Of a DNA stretch of 64,000 nucleotides, positions 39,858-53,289 are shown piece by piece. How positions within the stretch are numbered: position 1 is the first letter of the stretch; every line of letters starts with the position of its first letter. Both the position numbers and the translations under genes were made by a program. This DNA comes from Octopus sinensis (Eukaryota): the NCBI RefSeq assembly GCF_006345805.1, contig NC_043009.1:46810001-46874000 (forward strand). Direction: 5' to 3'. The notes below the pieces were generated by a model. It saw only the letters and a list, made by a program, of their open reading frames with translations, did not search any database and was not told the DNA's origin.

Positions 39858-40300
39858 ATACAATATAAGAAAATGGAGAAATACATCGAAATCAAATATC
39901 AATTACCAGATAATACTCAATCACATACTTTATTAAACCACTACATAAGAAACTATAAGGTTAAACATAATAATGCAGGGTAAAGCAGTGTACATGAAGG
40001 AGTGTACATAAAATAGTAATGTTATACAATAAGTAGAATACGTATAATAAAACATAAATATAAGTACACATAGATATAAATATAGACTTATGTACTTATA
40101 TTTATGTTCTATTATACGTATTCTACTTATTGTATAACATTACTATTTTATGTACACTCTTCATGTACACTGCTTTACCCTGCATTATTATGTTTAACCT
40201 TATAGTTTCTTATGTAGTGGTTTAATAAAGTATGTGATTGAGTATTATCTGGTAATTGATATTTTATTTCGATGTATTTCTCCATTTTCTTATTTTGTAT
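39858..40300. repeat. Long inverted repeat / fold-back element, ~210-bp arms, 22-nt spacer
   Basis: Arms 39858-40068 and 40091-40300, with only about four differences by eye. Confidence 0.95.
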
Positions 40301-41289
40301 TATGAATTTGTGGTAAAACATTTTACCTTTGCCCATATAATACAATAAATGAATTAATTGTATCGCAATTCTTAACATTTATGTATTAACTTTGTTGGGT
40401 ACCTCACTAGCAGTATATTGGATATATGGTATCCCATGGTGGGTTGCATTTATATATATGAAACAGAGAGAGGAAGAAATTTGTGTTTGGTTATTGTCAA
40501 AATTGTTTGTGTAAATGTACAATCTGTAACGTTGACAAATGTGTGTGTGCGTGTATGAAGTAGAAAATTAAAACGTAATTAACCGTGATATATATATATT
40601 AAAATATTGATGTATTTCGGGACGGTCATTTTTTGCTAAATAAACACGCGCACTGTATATTCGTTCTTCACTCGTTTTTTACTGTTCTTATTCTAACTCA
40701 TGTCCATTATCCGGAAATCTTTCGTCACACCTCAGCGACACTTTCAGTCCTCGGGTGTGCCCTTGCTTCGATTATTCCATTCTGTTATTCTATGGTGCGT
40801 ATCCTTATATACGCATGTGCTTGCGTCTGTGTTTGTGTGCGTGTGTGTATGTGTATATGTGTGTCATTGTTTTCAGTAACACTATGACCATCCCTCATTG
40901 CCGTTACTGCTGCCCTTGAACCCGGCTTTTGGTACCGTTCTTGTATCTCTCTGTATTTGTGCGTTCGCCCAAGCTGTTACCATCATTGTTGTTGTTGTTG
41001 CTATTGTTATTGTTATTGCCATTGTTGCTACCACGGTTGCTGTTGTTGTTGGTCGTGTTTTTGATACTGTTATGGCCGTGTGTCAAGTTACTGTATGTGT
41101 GTTTGTGTGTATATGGTTTCGCTTCCTGTATTTGTATCCTTTCCATTTATACGTTTTTTTTTATCTATTTCTATTTATTATATTTATCATAGTGTGTGCA
41201 TATTTGTCTATTGTGTCTATTACACTGTTTGTATCTGTTTTTTCCTCCCTTTTGTCTTTAGTAGTCATGTTGAGTGGTGTGGTGGCGGG

Positions 41290-42230
41290 TGTTATTGTTC
41301 CATTCGTGTCTCCTGTTGAGGCTCGGTCTGCCTATTGTTATGTGTATATCCTCTGTGATCTGTCTAAGTGTCGTGTCAGATCTATGTTAACTTAACTTCT
41401 ATGCTATTAACCGAGTCTCTATGTTCTGCTTGAGCATGTTGGTAGAGCACTAACGAGTCCTTCTCTGCCCCCTTGTCAGTGTTCACCTACACGTTCCCTT
41501 ATGCTGCGTGTTGTCTCTCTAATGTGAGTAGTTGTCATGTTTCTGAACCGTCCCTCAGTACATCGTAAGCTATACACTATATTCCTAACCTTGCAGTTAA
41601 CCTGCGGGTTCATCCTACATACAATACAACTGTTCTCCCTACATGAGCACCTATCAAAGGGATAAGTTCTACAGATCAGCGATTTTATGAGGGCACCAGA
41701 CCTATCTATTACTTTAATCCATAGATTGGTCTTATCTAATGTTTTTCTAAAAAGGTATGCAACTTCGCCGCGAGGGGTAGCATCAACAAACATGACACTC
41801 TGTGACTTTTTGCTGTCATACCATTTTGCGCTGTTCCAGGATCTACTCCTGTACAGCGGGCAGATCCCCTTGCATCACTCTCTATGATGGTTTTGTACTT
41901 AACCCTGACTCCTTTGTACACTCTAATCCTGTTCCTTTGGTTGTAGCCAAAGAACTGCATGCAGTGGATAAAGTAAGTGTTGTATGCGTCTTTCCAATTC
42001 CATAGGATCGCACATGCGAGACACATTCCTCATTACTCTCACCAAGTCTGCTATGAGAACATTGAATTTGGCGTTGTCTGCATTAGATGTATTCTTGTGA
42101 AGAAGGTATTTAGAGGCCATGGGTTTGGCATAATGTGAGTGAAGGATCTGGACCGTACTTTTCTTGGTTTCCAACCAGAGTTCAGTGTCTAAAACTGGTA
42201 GCCTATAGACACGGAACATCAATTCTTCCT
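41290..42230 (-). mobile_element. Penelope-like fragment 6 (Naiad-like RT thumb + GIY-YIG); 3' region may extend to ~40620
   Basis: LPVLDTELW...ILHSHYAKPMASK...DLVRVMRNVS; CIVC...NCKVRNIVYSLRC...HIRETTRSIRERVGEH; DTTLRQITEDIHI..RPSLNRRHEW. Confidence 0.9.
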
Positions 42231-42254
42231 CTCACTGGTGATGCTTGGTTTCTT

Positions 42255-42480
42255 ACAGCTGTGTGTGTGTTTGTGTGTCTGTGTTTGTCCCCCCAATATC
42301 GCTTGACAACCGATGCTGGTGTGTTTATGTCCCCGTAACTTAGTGGTTTGGCAAAAGTGACCGATAGAATAAGTAGTAGGCTTACAAAGAATAAGTCCTG
42401 GAACCGATTTGCTCGACTGAAGGTGGTGCTCCAGCATGGCCGCAATCAAATGACTGAAACAAGTAAAATAATAGAAGAAT
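42255..42480 (+). mobile_element. SINE family A 3' half
   Basis: GCTTGACAACCGATGCTGGTGTG...CCAGCATGGCCGCAATCAAATGACTGAAACAAG. Confidence 0.88.
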
Positions 42481-42539
42481 AAAGACAAATAAGGAGAAAA
42501 TAATGTACTATACTAAACAATGTGATCAGTCAAAGTCTT

Positions 42540-42760
42540 TAGTCGGCGAGCTGGCAGAACCGTTAGCACGCCAGGCAAAATGCTTAGCGGCATTTCTTCT
42601 GTCTTTACGTTTTGGGTTCCAACTCCGTCGAGGTCGACTTTGCATTTCATCATTTCGGAGTCGATAAAATAAATAATAATTGAACACTGGGGTGATGTAA
42701 ACAACTTACCCCCAACCGCGAAATTGTTGGCCTTGTGCCAAAAATTTGAAATCAATATTT
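42540..42760 (+). mobile_element. SINE family B
   Basis: GGCGAGCTGGCAGAACCGTTAGCACGCC...GAGGTCGACTTTGCATTTCATC...GGCCTTGTGCC. Confidence 0.88.
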
Positions 42761-43189
42761 TTGTAATTTATTTGCTTTATTCGTCATGTTTCAACGAAAA
42801 GAGTCTAGCATTCAAAGTAGAGGCTATCGTGTTGCACCCTGTGAAGTCATCATTCTACCTGTTCCTTGATCCCACGCCCTCACTAAAGTTTCCACGTCCT
42901 CTTGGTTGATGAAGCTCGTGAGCGCAGGAGGTGAGCCATTGATGGGAACAAGAAATAATCTAAGGGAGCTACGTCCGCAATAAATACTAGGTCTGACGTC
43001 ATTTCGATTCCTTCAAGTTACAGGAAGTTATTCTGCGTCGTTCTACTGGTATGAGTTCCTTCTTTGTCTTGCTGCAAAAGAGTTCGCTTCCTGATAACCA
43101 ATGCCGGATATTTTTCCCGCACAATGACTTACATCCACGAAATGCCGAGATTGTAAGATGTTCTCCGAATGCTACTCGCTGGATTTGCC

Positions 43190-43335
43190 TCTGTGGCTTG
43201 GCGCACAACCTCGGAATCCACGGTTTAGGCCTACCTGATCTTGCCTGGTCGTCGAGGTTCTTGCAGCCCGAGCGAAATTTCTTGAACCATTTGGTTACTA
43301 TACTGTGATCAACCACGCCCTCACCTTTCGCAAAA
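43190..43335 (-). mobile_element. Mariner transposase HTH fragment
   Basis: IVTKWFKKFRSGCKNLDDQARSGRPK. Confidence 0.85.
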
Positions 43336-44239
43336 CAAATGTTTTGGGTGCGTCCCCGACATTATGGCCTATTTCAAACTCATGAAACGGGAGTTCCCGA
43401 ATTAGACTACGTTGCTCGTTCATCTGTGCAGCTTTCAAATCACATACGGAGTAAAGCAATACGGAACGTGTCAGCGCACCAACTACTATGGTACTACGAA
43501 TCTCAGCAGGTACCTTCCACAGCTTGAACTGTTTCGGTCACGTTATATAAACGCCACAAACAAGCACGTATGCTTATATAGCAAAATGTTTACTCGTCTA
43601 AATAAGACGTCTGTAAACATGTCTCGGAGGACAAGCAAAACAGATGATACAAAAGACATTAAAACCAAGCTAGAATGTGACAGACTTGGATAAAACATTT
43701 TTTAAATATAAACGTCATCCTCGCTATTTCTTTTATTAGTAACATCAGAATCACCTAGAAGAATGGATATAGCGAACCATTAACCAAGAAGAACAAATTT
43801 TGTTTTTCTACAATAATCGTGATAGCGTCATTTCATATATTGATTTGTCGACAGAAACTGAAGTTTAGCACTAGTAAAATTATCTTAAAGCCTTAAGGAA
43901 ATTTTCTATATGGAAGAAACATCAACAAGTTAAACAAATAAAATCTGGCTAATTTTTTAAACTAATTCACTTCAACCCTGCGGCATTTGCTAATCCTGTC
44001 GATAATGTTGATTTCCCACATACTGTTGATTTACTCCATACTCCGTTAGCTAAGTTTTCTGTGTGTACGAGGCAACAACTCGTAGAATACCATAGCTTTA
44101 TATAGACATAACAAAGTATCACCTCTCCCTCAAACCCCTCATCAAGTTTAGCTATTATCTACAACATGTAAATAAAATTCAAAATATACGGTGTTAACTT
44201 TTTTTAAACCTTTGCATATTGTAATACTAAATCACAGTA

Positions 44240-45270
44240 TCACAGTATCAACCAGTACATCAGATGTTGTTAAACGCCACTGGTCTCTATGCGCTTCAAA
44301 ATTTGTCTTGATTGCGCCATTTTTCCACTCTGACCCAAATTACTTAACAAAGTCGTGTTCGCATCATTGTGGAGGCCTTCCAGTTGGTGTTTCCGATCTC
44401 TTGGATATCACTCGGAAACTGCATGGCTCCACTTTTCTGTTAATCTTGCGATACGTCCGGCCAAACGGAACTTGTGCTTTCGGTAAAATATGATCACATT
44501 GTTCACGCTGCTCTGTTTTCGAATTATCTCATTTCGAATGTGCTCTCTTAATGATATTCCTAGCGTGAACTTTTCCTTGGCCCTTTGCGTTGTAGTCAAT
44601 TGATGTTCTATCTTCTTCGTAGTAATTTTCATCTCACTTGCATCTAAGATCATAAGCAGGACGCTGTTATTGAAGAGTCCGGCACTTACGGCATTGTCTG
44701 TCTTTGTTTTGAGTACATCCTTTATTGAGCTATATGCCTTCCATCCTGCCCTTAATCTCTTTGAGATGTCAACTTCTATATCTCGGCGTTGTTTCACTGT
44801 CTGCCCTAAGTAGACGTAAGCTTCTACCTCATCGATTTCATCGTTTCCCACCTCTATTCGGCCTTGAGCTATGCCTTCCGACCGCATGCGTACATTAGAC
44901 CGCTAAGCTCTGAGTATCCGGCTTTGTTAGTATGGCCTGCAGCTGGTCTGTCACTTCAGCGATTAGTACATCTGTGAATTGGAGGTATGTTAGTTGCTCA
45001 CCATTGATGTTCACGCCACCTATCCAGGCAATGTCCTTGATGACCTGTTCTACACATGCGGTAAAGATCTCTGGAGATATGGTATCTCTTTGTTTCATTT
45101 CCTTCTCTGGACAGTTTCAAGTATGGCGCCTCGATACCTTGTGTTTCCAGAGATGTCAATATTGCTTTCATCTCGAAGCTATAGGAAGGCCTTTTCGTAA
45201 ACAACAAAAGCGATACACAGAAGCTTGTATTCGTCCGCTCATTCTATAAGCTGCGTTTAGAGAGAGTAAA
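44240..45270 (-). mobile_element. RTE-clade LINE fragment (RT C-terminal half)
   Basis: KAILTSLETQGIEAPY; KQRDTISPEIFTACVE; GEQLTYLQFTDVL; IDEVEAYVYLGQ...ISKRLRAGWKAY; KFRLAGRIAR; YPRDRK. Confidence 0.92.
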
Positions 45271-45969
45271 TATGTGATCTATTGTACCATAGTCTTTACA
45301 CAAACCGTTTTGTTCCCTCGGCTGTTGGTCGTCGAGATGTTTTGATGGTCTGGTGAAACTAACTTTTGAAAATAGGTTATAAGTGACGCTGTTAAATAAA
45401 TTTATAAAATATATTTTTTTAAATCACATTTATATTCAGCATACAATGTACATATTTCTAATATCGTATATATATAAAAAAATTTAAAACTTACCATCAG
45501 TTAATGCGAGTCAGGTGGTTAAAGTAGACACAGTTTTTCTCTAATAATTTGGCTTCCAAGAGTTCATTGCGCGCGCACACACACACACACAACCACACAT
45601 ATAAACATACAAGCACATACGCATATATTATACCTTTATATATGTATGTAGAAGTCTGCGTGCGCGCGTGCGCGAGGGAGTATGTGTGTATGCGGTATCC
45701 AGAAATCCTTATGCCTCGAGAAGTATTTAAGTCGAAAACGAAAAACATGGAATAAATCGTCTTCATAATTTTGTCTATTCTTTTTAAAATTTTAGTCCAT
45801 GAAAATGTCTTTATTTTAAAAAATGTAATGTTTTGAAATTAAATACCGTTCTCGAGTCCCGAAGCACAACTCAAAAACTTTCCATTTCTATATTACCACC
45901 ACCACGATTTAAGTCTTCAACAAGTTATATTGTGTCTGAAATTTCAACAGAGGCAGTTAATTCGAAAAT

Positions 45970-46008
<39 letters not shown>

Positions 46009-46029
46009 CCAATACATATATATTGTTTT

Positions 46030-46164
46030 ATTCTTTTACTAGTTTCAGTCATTTGACTGTGACCACGCTGAAGCACCGCCTTTAGTCGAACGAATCGACC
46101 CCAGCACTTATTGTTTGTAAACTTGGTACTTATTCTATAGGGGTCTTTTGCCGAACCGCTAAGT

Positions 46165-46206
<42 letters not shown>

Positions 46207-46335
46207 ACATGCTTCTTTCAACCAAATCCACTGACAAGGCTTTGGTCAGCCCTAAGCTATCATAGAAGAAACTTACCCAAGGTGTCACGCAATGGGACTG
46301 AACCCGGGAAGCAAGCATCTTACCACACACCCACG
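46030..46335 (-). mobile_element. SINE family A, diverged
   Basis: TACTAGTTTCAGTCATTTGACTGTG...GCCGAACCGCTAAGT...GGGACTGAACCCGG...TTACCACACA. Confidence 0.85.
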
Positions 46336-46339
46336 CCTG

Positions 46340-46398
<59 letters not shown>

Positions 46399-46429
46399 AT
46401 ATATATATATCACCGTGATCACCGTGAGA

Positions 46430-46712
46430 AATACGAAGGTTGTGGTCAATGAAGAGAGTAGACGTGATACCAATAGTAACTGGCGCACTTGAAAGTATCA
46501 GAACTTAGCTACTAATATGGCTCAAAAAGATTGGCACAAATGTAAAGGCAGAAGACCTACAAAAATCAGCATTACTTGGACATGCAAGAATTCTTCGCAG
46601 GGTTCTTGCAGCATGACCAGTAAACAAGTGTCACCTTTGTCTATTGGCTGTGGACAGCTGACACTTTCCATCATACCCAGCAAATTAAGCTGAGAGTTTT
46701 CATCGAATAATA
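46430..46712 (+). mobile_element. R4/Dong-type 3' end followed by (TAA)n
   Basis: RRLWSMKRVDVIPIVTGAL...LQKSALLGHARILRRVL; short 3' UTR, then (TAA)n at 46708-46801. Confidence 0.85.
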
Positions 46713-46801
<89 letters not shown>

Positions 46802-46805
<4 letters not shown>

Positions 46806-47255
46806 GAGACCATGAAGTAACAGAGACCATGAAGAAACAGATATAGTTGTCAGAGACCATGAAGAAAAAAAATGCTTTCTAATTGATGTATCAGTACCGG
46901 CAGATGACAACGTGTCTCTAAAAGAAATGGAGAAACTCTCAAAATACAAAGACCTGGAAATAGAGGTAACTAGAATGTGGAATCTGAAAACAGAAACAAT
47001 TCCTATCATAGTAGGTGCATTAGGCATGATAAAAAAATATTCAGACAAATACATAACAAAAACACCAGGACTTACAAACACATATAACATACAGAAAATT
47101 GCACTACTAGGCACTGCACACATCCTACGCAGAACACTTTCCATACAATAACCATCAGAGCATCACAACAAATCACAGCACATACTCAAGGCACACAGAG
47201 CTGCGCTCGGTAGTGAAGTGAAAGCACGCTATAAAAATAAAAATAAAACTACTGA
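46802..47255 (+). mobile_element. R4/Dong-type 3' end within (TAA)n, relatively intact
   Basis: IVVRDHEEKKCFLIDVSVPADDNVSLKEMEKLSKYKDLEIEVTRMWNLKTETIPIIVGALG...QKIALLGTAHILRRTLSIQ*; ends ACTACTGAATAATAATAAT. Confidence 0.93.
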
Positions 47256-47299
47256 ATAATAATAATAATAATGATAATAACACCAACAACAACAATAAT

Positions 47300-47478
47300 A
47301 ATCTTCTCTACTCTAGGCACAAGGCCTGAAATTTTGGAGGAGAGGGCCAGTCGATTAGATCAATCCCAGTACGCAACTGGTAATTTATTTATCGACCCAG
47401 AAAGGATGAAATGCAAAGTCGACCTCGGTGTAGTATGAACTCAAAACGTAAAGACAGACGAAATACCGCTAAGCATCG
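47300..47478 (-). mobile_element. SINE family B
   Basis: CTAGGCACAAGGCCTGAAATTTTGG...GCAAAGTCGACCTCGG...GAAATACCGCTAAGCAT. Confidence 0.88.
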
Positions 47479-47494
47479 GTCAACGAACACCTAC

Positions 47495-49990
47495 GTACAG
47501 TAGTACAGTATCTTTCTCAATCAAACTTACCATTGGCCTTGCATATTCGAGAATCACTCTGGTTAGTAAAGTTCCATAAATGTTTTACACTCTGATTTCT
47601 TAGGACCTTCTCTGGTTCCTCAATGCTCAGAAACCGATATTTCTTCCATAAAGGCCAGTGGAAGTGAAAGTACACTTTATCGTGATGTCTTTTACATTCT
47701 CTCTGCGCAAACATGTCACAGGTACTTACTATGTATGTCACACGTTCCACTTTCTTCCCATATAGCCTACACCTTTTTTTTTTCATCTGAGTTACGCCTA
47801 TTCTTTTTCGATTTGTGTTTAATACTTGATCCCGAGCAGCCACCAACAAAATGTTTGTCTCTTTCTTACTATCACCTTCTATCAATTATTTCCACGAAGA
47901 TTTTATTTATACTTCCTTCGTTTGTCTTTTGAATTGACCTTGTAATTCCATACCCTCCTTCGTACTCAGTTTTTCAGCTAACGGACTGTAATTCTCTTTA
48001 ATTTCAGTAGTCTCAGTGCGTAACCTCTGGTAACATCCCATGAAATTTCTTCTCTACCACTGGCTAAATACAACTCTAAAGACATGCATTCATTAACCAT
48101 ACAATATTACACACTTATAAGTCCTCGTCCTCCTATGTTCCGCAATGTATTTAGCCATATAACAGTTACCCCTGGATGCAATGTGATATTATCAAGCACT
48201 TTTTTTTTGCATTAACTTATTCAATTTTTCTATTTCTTCTTTGCTCCCAATCAAATTATCCGCGCTATATCTAATAAGCGGCACGATCCAGACTTTGATA
48301 GCAGTAATCAAGTTCTTCCCATTCAATTTCGTTTTCAATAGCTCTTATAATTTGTTTTGATGAATTTCCTTCAAATTTCGTTTCATCTTCTCATTTACAA
48401 ATTTTCCAGTTCTAAAATGCCCAGATATTTGTACCCTCTATTCTCGAGTCAACAATCCCTCTACGACATAAATGCCTGCCTCTCGTCATAGTTAGGGTGG
48501 TGCACATTGAAATACTAAATTTCATCTTAGTTTCTTTATAATGCCAATATAGAGTTCTGACCTGTTATTGAACCTGTGAATCCTTCCTGCCAAAGGGCTT
48601 AAGAACACCCACCAAAAAATAGTTGATTAAACTTAGGTCTTCTGTTTTCAATCTAATAGTTAAGATCATTGATAATGGAACCATTTTGATCACAAAGGGC
48701 AATGGTGATAATGAATCTCCTGGAAAATTACCTTTTCTTATAAGGACTATACTTGGGTGCTTATTCTCTACACACAGGTTTGCCTTCCACCGAGGTAAGC
48801 TAAATCTGATTGCCTTAGCACAATCTCCTATTCTATACATTCTCAAACATTTTGGTATACTCGAATGTGGGTCCATGTCGAAGGCTTTCTTAAAGTCTAT
48901 CCAAGAAATGCATACATATCTTAGCTATCTCTTGCAATCGTTCATGATTGCTTTGTCCTTAGCAAGATGGTTCTTGGTTCCTTGTGAATTTTTTCTTCAT
49001 TCCTTTTACTCGACAAGTAACATTTCATTTTGGAGTAAGCGGTCATGCACTTTTGAACGAATGATTCCATAACAAATTCAAGCATGCAATGGCAGTAATT
49101 TCTAACGAACGGACCTTTTATATTTTATCCAACATTATCAAAGATGTCTACTCTTCAACCATGCAGCATGGAACCTCCCCGTGTCCTACGCAATTATTTA
49201 GGTGCTTCCCTAGTCTTGACCACTTTTGACCCTTTTTAATTAGAATCATCGTATCCCATCCTATCAAGGTACTTTCCTAACTTGCTTTTGGACGTCTTCT
49301 TTCCTATCTCTGTGTTGGTACATTAGATAACTTACCCTTATCTTCATTTGTCCACCTTACATCTTTGTTATTCTCTTTTGCAACTCCCCAAAATTTGAGC
49401 AAAATTGTGTGTATTCTTCAGTATTTGGTGTAGCATCTGTACCATGTTCCGTAACAAAGTTCTAAAGAACGTCTAATTTGCAAATAGAACAGTCTGCTTT
49501 TGTCTACTTCTATAGCACCTAACCCGATTTGATTTTGCCTTCATTCGCTGTTTCACTTCGAACCTTTTAACTTTATTCTGTACTTCATGTCCATGCGACG
49601 TTCCTTCTCTACTTTGGATTTTCTCCTTTTCCTCTATGCCAGGAATCCGTTTTTGTCTAGGTATCTTCTGAGCTGAATTATATCACATTCCAATCTTATT
49701 TTCCACCGGAGTACCTTATATATATATATCTTCCTTTCTATTTGCTTGATAGCTAATCGTTTACCAACTCAAAGCTCTGCAGCGCCAATTAACTTTCTCA
49801 AGTAGGCGATATCATGACTTATCTCTATACTTCGAAGATCCAGAAGTGCTTTGTTGAAATTCAGAATCATGAAACAGATAATTCTGGCTTTTGATTTTTA
49901 TTACCTCTCCCTTGAAATTGTTTTCAAAGGTTTCAACGCTTTTCCCATGCTGAATCACCCATTCACCCCACCACCGTTTTTTTTTGCAAG
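47495..49990 (-). mobile_element. Long decayed R4/Dong-type LINE (RT + CCHC + RLE start)
   Basis: IRKGNFPGDSLSPLPFVI; KKETNILLVAARDQVL...CRLYG...VTYIVSTC..FAQRECKRHHDKV..HW.L.KKY...EKVLRNQSVKHLWNF. Confidence 0.88.
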
Positions 49991-50009
49991 GATATGACCC
50001 TTGATTGCT

Positions 50010-50020
50010 ACCTACTACTA

Positions 50021-50079
<59 letters not shown>

Positions 50080-50191
50080 GCTACTGCTGCTGCTTCTGCT
50101 GCTGTTGTTGCTGCTGCTATTGTTGCTGCTGCTGTTGTTGCTGCTGCTGCTGCTGCAGCTACTACTACTACTACTACTACTGCTGCTGCTA

Positions 50192-50224
<33 letters not shown>

Positions 50225-50233
50225 CTGCTGCAG

Positions 50234-50273
<40 letters not shown>

Positions 50274-50321
50274 TACTGCAGCTGCTGCTACTACTACTAC
50301 TACTGCTACTGCTGCTGCTAT

Positions 50322-50359
<38 letters not shown>

Positions 50360-50392
50360 TTAATAATAATAATAATAATAATAATAATGATA
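50010..50392. repeat. Compound trinucleotide array (CTA)/(CTG)/(TTG)/(TAA)
   Basis: Directly visible; source of the poly-A/T/L/C ORFs. Confidence 0.97.
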
Positions 50393-51422
50393 ATTTTATG
50401 TTCTTTATTAAATGTTATATGAACACTATCTTTCTCTCTTATCTCTATCTATCTATAGACAGATACATACATACACACATACATACATACATATATATAT
50501 ATATATATGCATGCGTGTGTGTGTGTGTGTGCGTGTGTGAGTGTGTAGGTATATATGTATATATTGGAATGACAAAAGAAAGATCTGATGAAGCTATGTG
50601 GGGTGATGCTCAAGCACTCAACTACGAGTGCATTGCACCTTAGAGCAGAAACAGCAGTAATTTTTTATTACCTCTCTGTATTCGACTGACCTTTCGTACT
50701 GAAGCATTTGCATATTGAGTTCTAACAGCAATTTATTAGCATCGCAATTAATTTTATGCTGTTTATTAAATATTCATGTGCCTTTATTGACTAAGGCTGT
50801 CGTTAATTATTTTTACGTACGATATAATTCAAGACATTAAGTTCAATGCCATGTGATGTTAACTCCTGTTTTTGCTCATGCATTTCAAACGACTCATTAT
50901 GGTGTATATTGTTAATCTATCATTGCTATATGACGCTTGCTGTGCCTAACATTAATCAAAGTTAATTTAGCTAATTTTGTATCTACTGCAGTTTCGTTTT
51001 ATTTTTTTGTTACTATTGTACTTGTTGCTATTGTAATTGTTATATCCGTTGTTTAGCCTCATATATGTTTTGACTGAACAGAGCTATGATCAAATATATT
51101 CAAGTCATTACCATGTCAACTGATTTTCAAAAACTGTGTAATCCAGATTCAATAGATTAATGATGTCCTTTTCCAGAATACAGTTTGATGACGATTTGGT
51201 CTTTATTTCTTGCTTGTAGAAAGATCACGTAGTGTCTGAAACATGTCAGTAAGGAAGTAAGTATTAACACCTTTAAAACGCTCATTCATCAAGCCTACTA
51301 CTGTATGGAAGAGGGGTAAACATTTTGCTGAACAAACTTTCATTAAACCAAAGGAAAGGCAGACAACTCAAAATGGAAGGAAATTATTTTAAAGGTTTTT
51401 TTCTTTTTATTCTACTGATTTG

Positions 51423-51477
<55 letters not shown>

Positions 51478-52314
51478 GATAATAATAATAATAGGGAATA
51501 TTATTCCAAACTTACAGGGAAAAATTCAATTTAGAAATACTAAATAAAATTTCACAAAATATAATATATATATATAATCAAAAGATTTCCGGTATCATTA
51601 CGTTTTTTTTATTTTTAAATTACGTGTGCTTTTGCATTTGTTTCGACGAGACGAAGTTTCAGTGGTTTGCTACACAGGGTTACCTGTTCATAGAATTAAC
51701 ATCTAAGTGATTGCGTGTTTCACAGATATTTGTACACTACCGCCTCATTTAACATATGAATCCTTTCCTCATCAATTCTAAGAAAGTGTCTGTTGCAGAA
51801 ATCAATATCATTCCTGTCGACAGACCGAAGCTTTAAAGGTATATTATTGTTGCTGATGATGTTGCTTATGTTATTTTACATTTAGAGCTATCTGGGAACG
51901 ATATCTACCTATTCATAATTCCTTTCTCCCAAACTCTAAGATATATTTCGTTTTTGGATTTTGTTGGCAAGATTCTTTATATGAGTTCGTGTGATAGACA
52001 CAACAGTCTAAGATATATAATATCCTGCAATAATTATGTACTTCTCTCTGAAATACTTTAGTGTTTCGTTTGCACACATAACTGTACTGAATTTAAAATT
52101 TAACGCATTTGTTGCACAAACAGTTTCTTAACTTGGTTAACTTGCCCTGCCGGAAACATAACGATAAACTTCAAAACAGGAATATTCAATTATTAAAACT
52201 GTGAAATAACTGAAAATAAGCTTATACATTTCAATATAACTTACAATATCTGTTGATGCTCCAGGATTCTTTAATTATATTCCATACATAGATACACAGA
52301 TACCCACGCTCATA

Positions 52315-52780
52315 AATACATACATACATGCACACATGCATGCATGCATACATACATGCATACATACATATATGCATACATACATTCATACATACATGCT
52401 TGCATACATATATACATTCATACATACATACATACATACACACACATATATATATACATACATACATACATACATACACACACACATATATATATATATA
52501 TATACATACATACACACATATATATATATACATATATATATATATACATACACACACACATATATATATACATACACACACACAGATATATATACATACA
52601 TATATTCATACATACATACATACATTCATACATACATACATACATACATACATACATACATTCATACATGCATACATACATACATACATACATACATACA
52701 TACACACATACATACATACATACATACATACATACATACATACATACATACATGCATACATACATACATACATATTTATA
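52315..52780. repeat. (TACA)n-rich microsatellite
   Basis: Directly visible. Confidence 0.97.
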
Positions 52781-53289
52781 TACGTTTAGAAGCGCTAAGC
52801 ATTAATGTATATAAATATAAACTTATTATCAATCCAAATATGTTTGAAATATATTCGAAACCGCAAAAAGAACACTCACTCCATTCATGGAGAAATATTC
52901 ACGGTATTGATAAAAAGATGTTAGCTCACGGTGGGGCCTCAGCATGACCGCAGCTGTAAAGTTGAAGCAATTTAAAGAATTAAAACACCAGGTCAATCCA
53001 AATCTCCTTATATTTAATTCGATGGGTGCATGCATTTCGATGAAGATACTTTCTTATGAATATCGAACATTGGAAAGAGAGGCAACTCCGAACAAAGAAT
53101 TTAGAATCCAATCAAAATACTTTTATTTGTGGCGCTAATTAACTGCCTGGCTGTGGTAAAACAGGGATTAGAAAAGCTAATTAGTGGTTTACATAAATAC
53201 ATACATACATGCATGCATACATACATACATACATACATACATACATACATACATACATACATACATACATACACCGTCAAAAGTCCAGG

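Noticed and set aside
40705-40750. Minus-strand GUCGC/GUGAC stem followed by GAAA downstream of PLE fragment 6
   Set aside because: The core reads CUGAAAG and stem I does not pair; at most a heavily decayed motif.
43330-43700. Possible exon ending CAG|GTACCT near 43510
   Set aside because: Neither open frame is recognisable, and it is adjacent to transposon debris.
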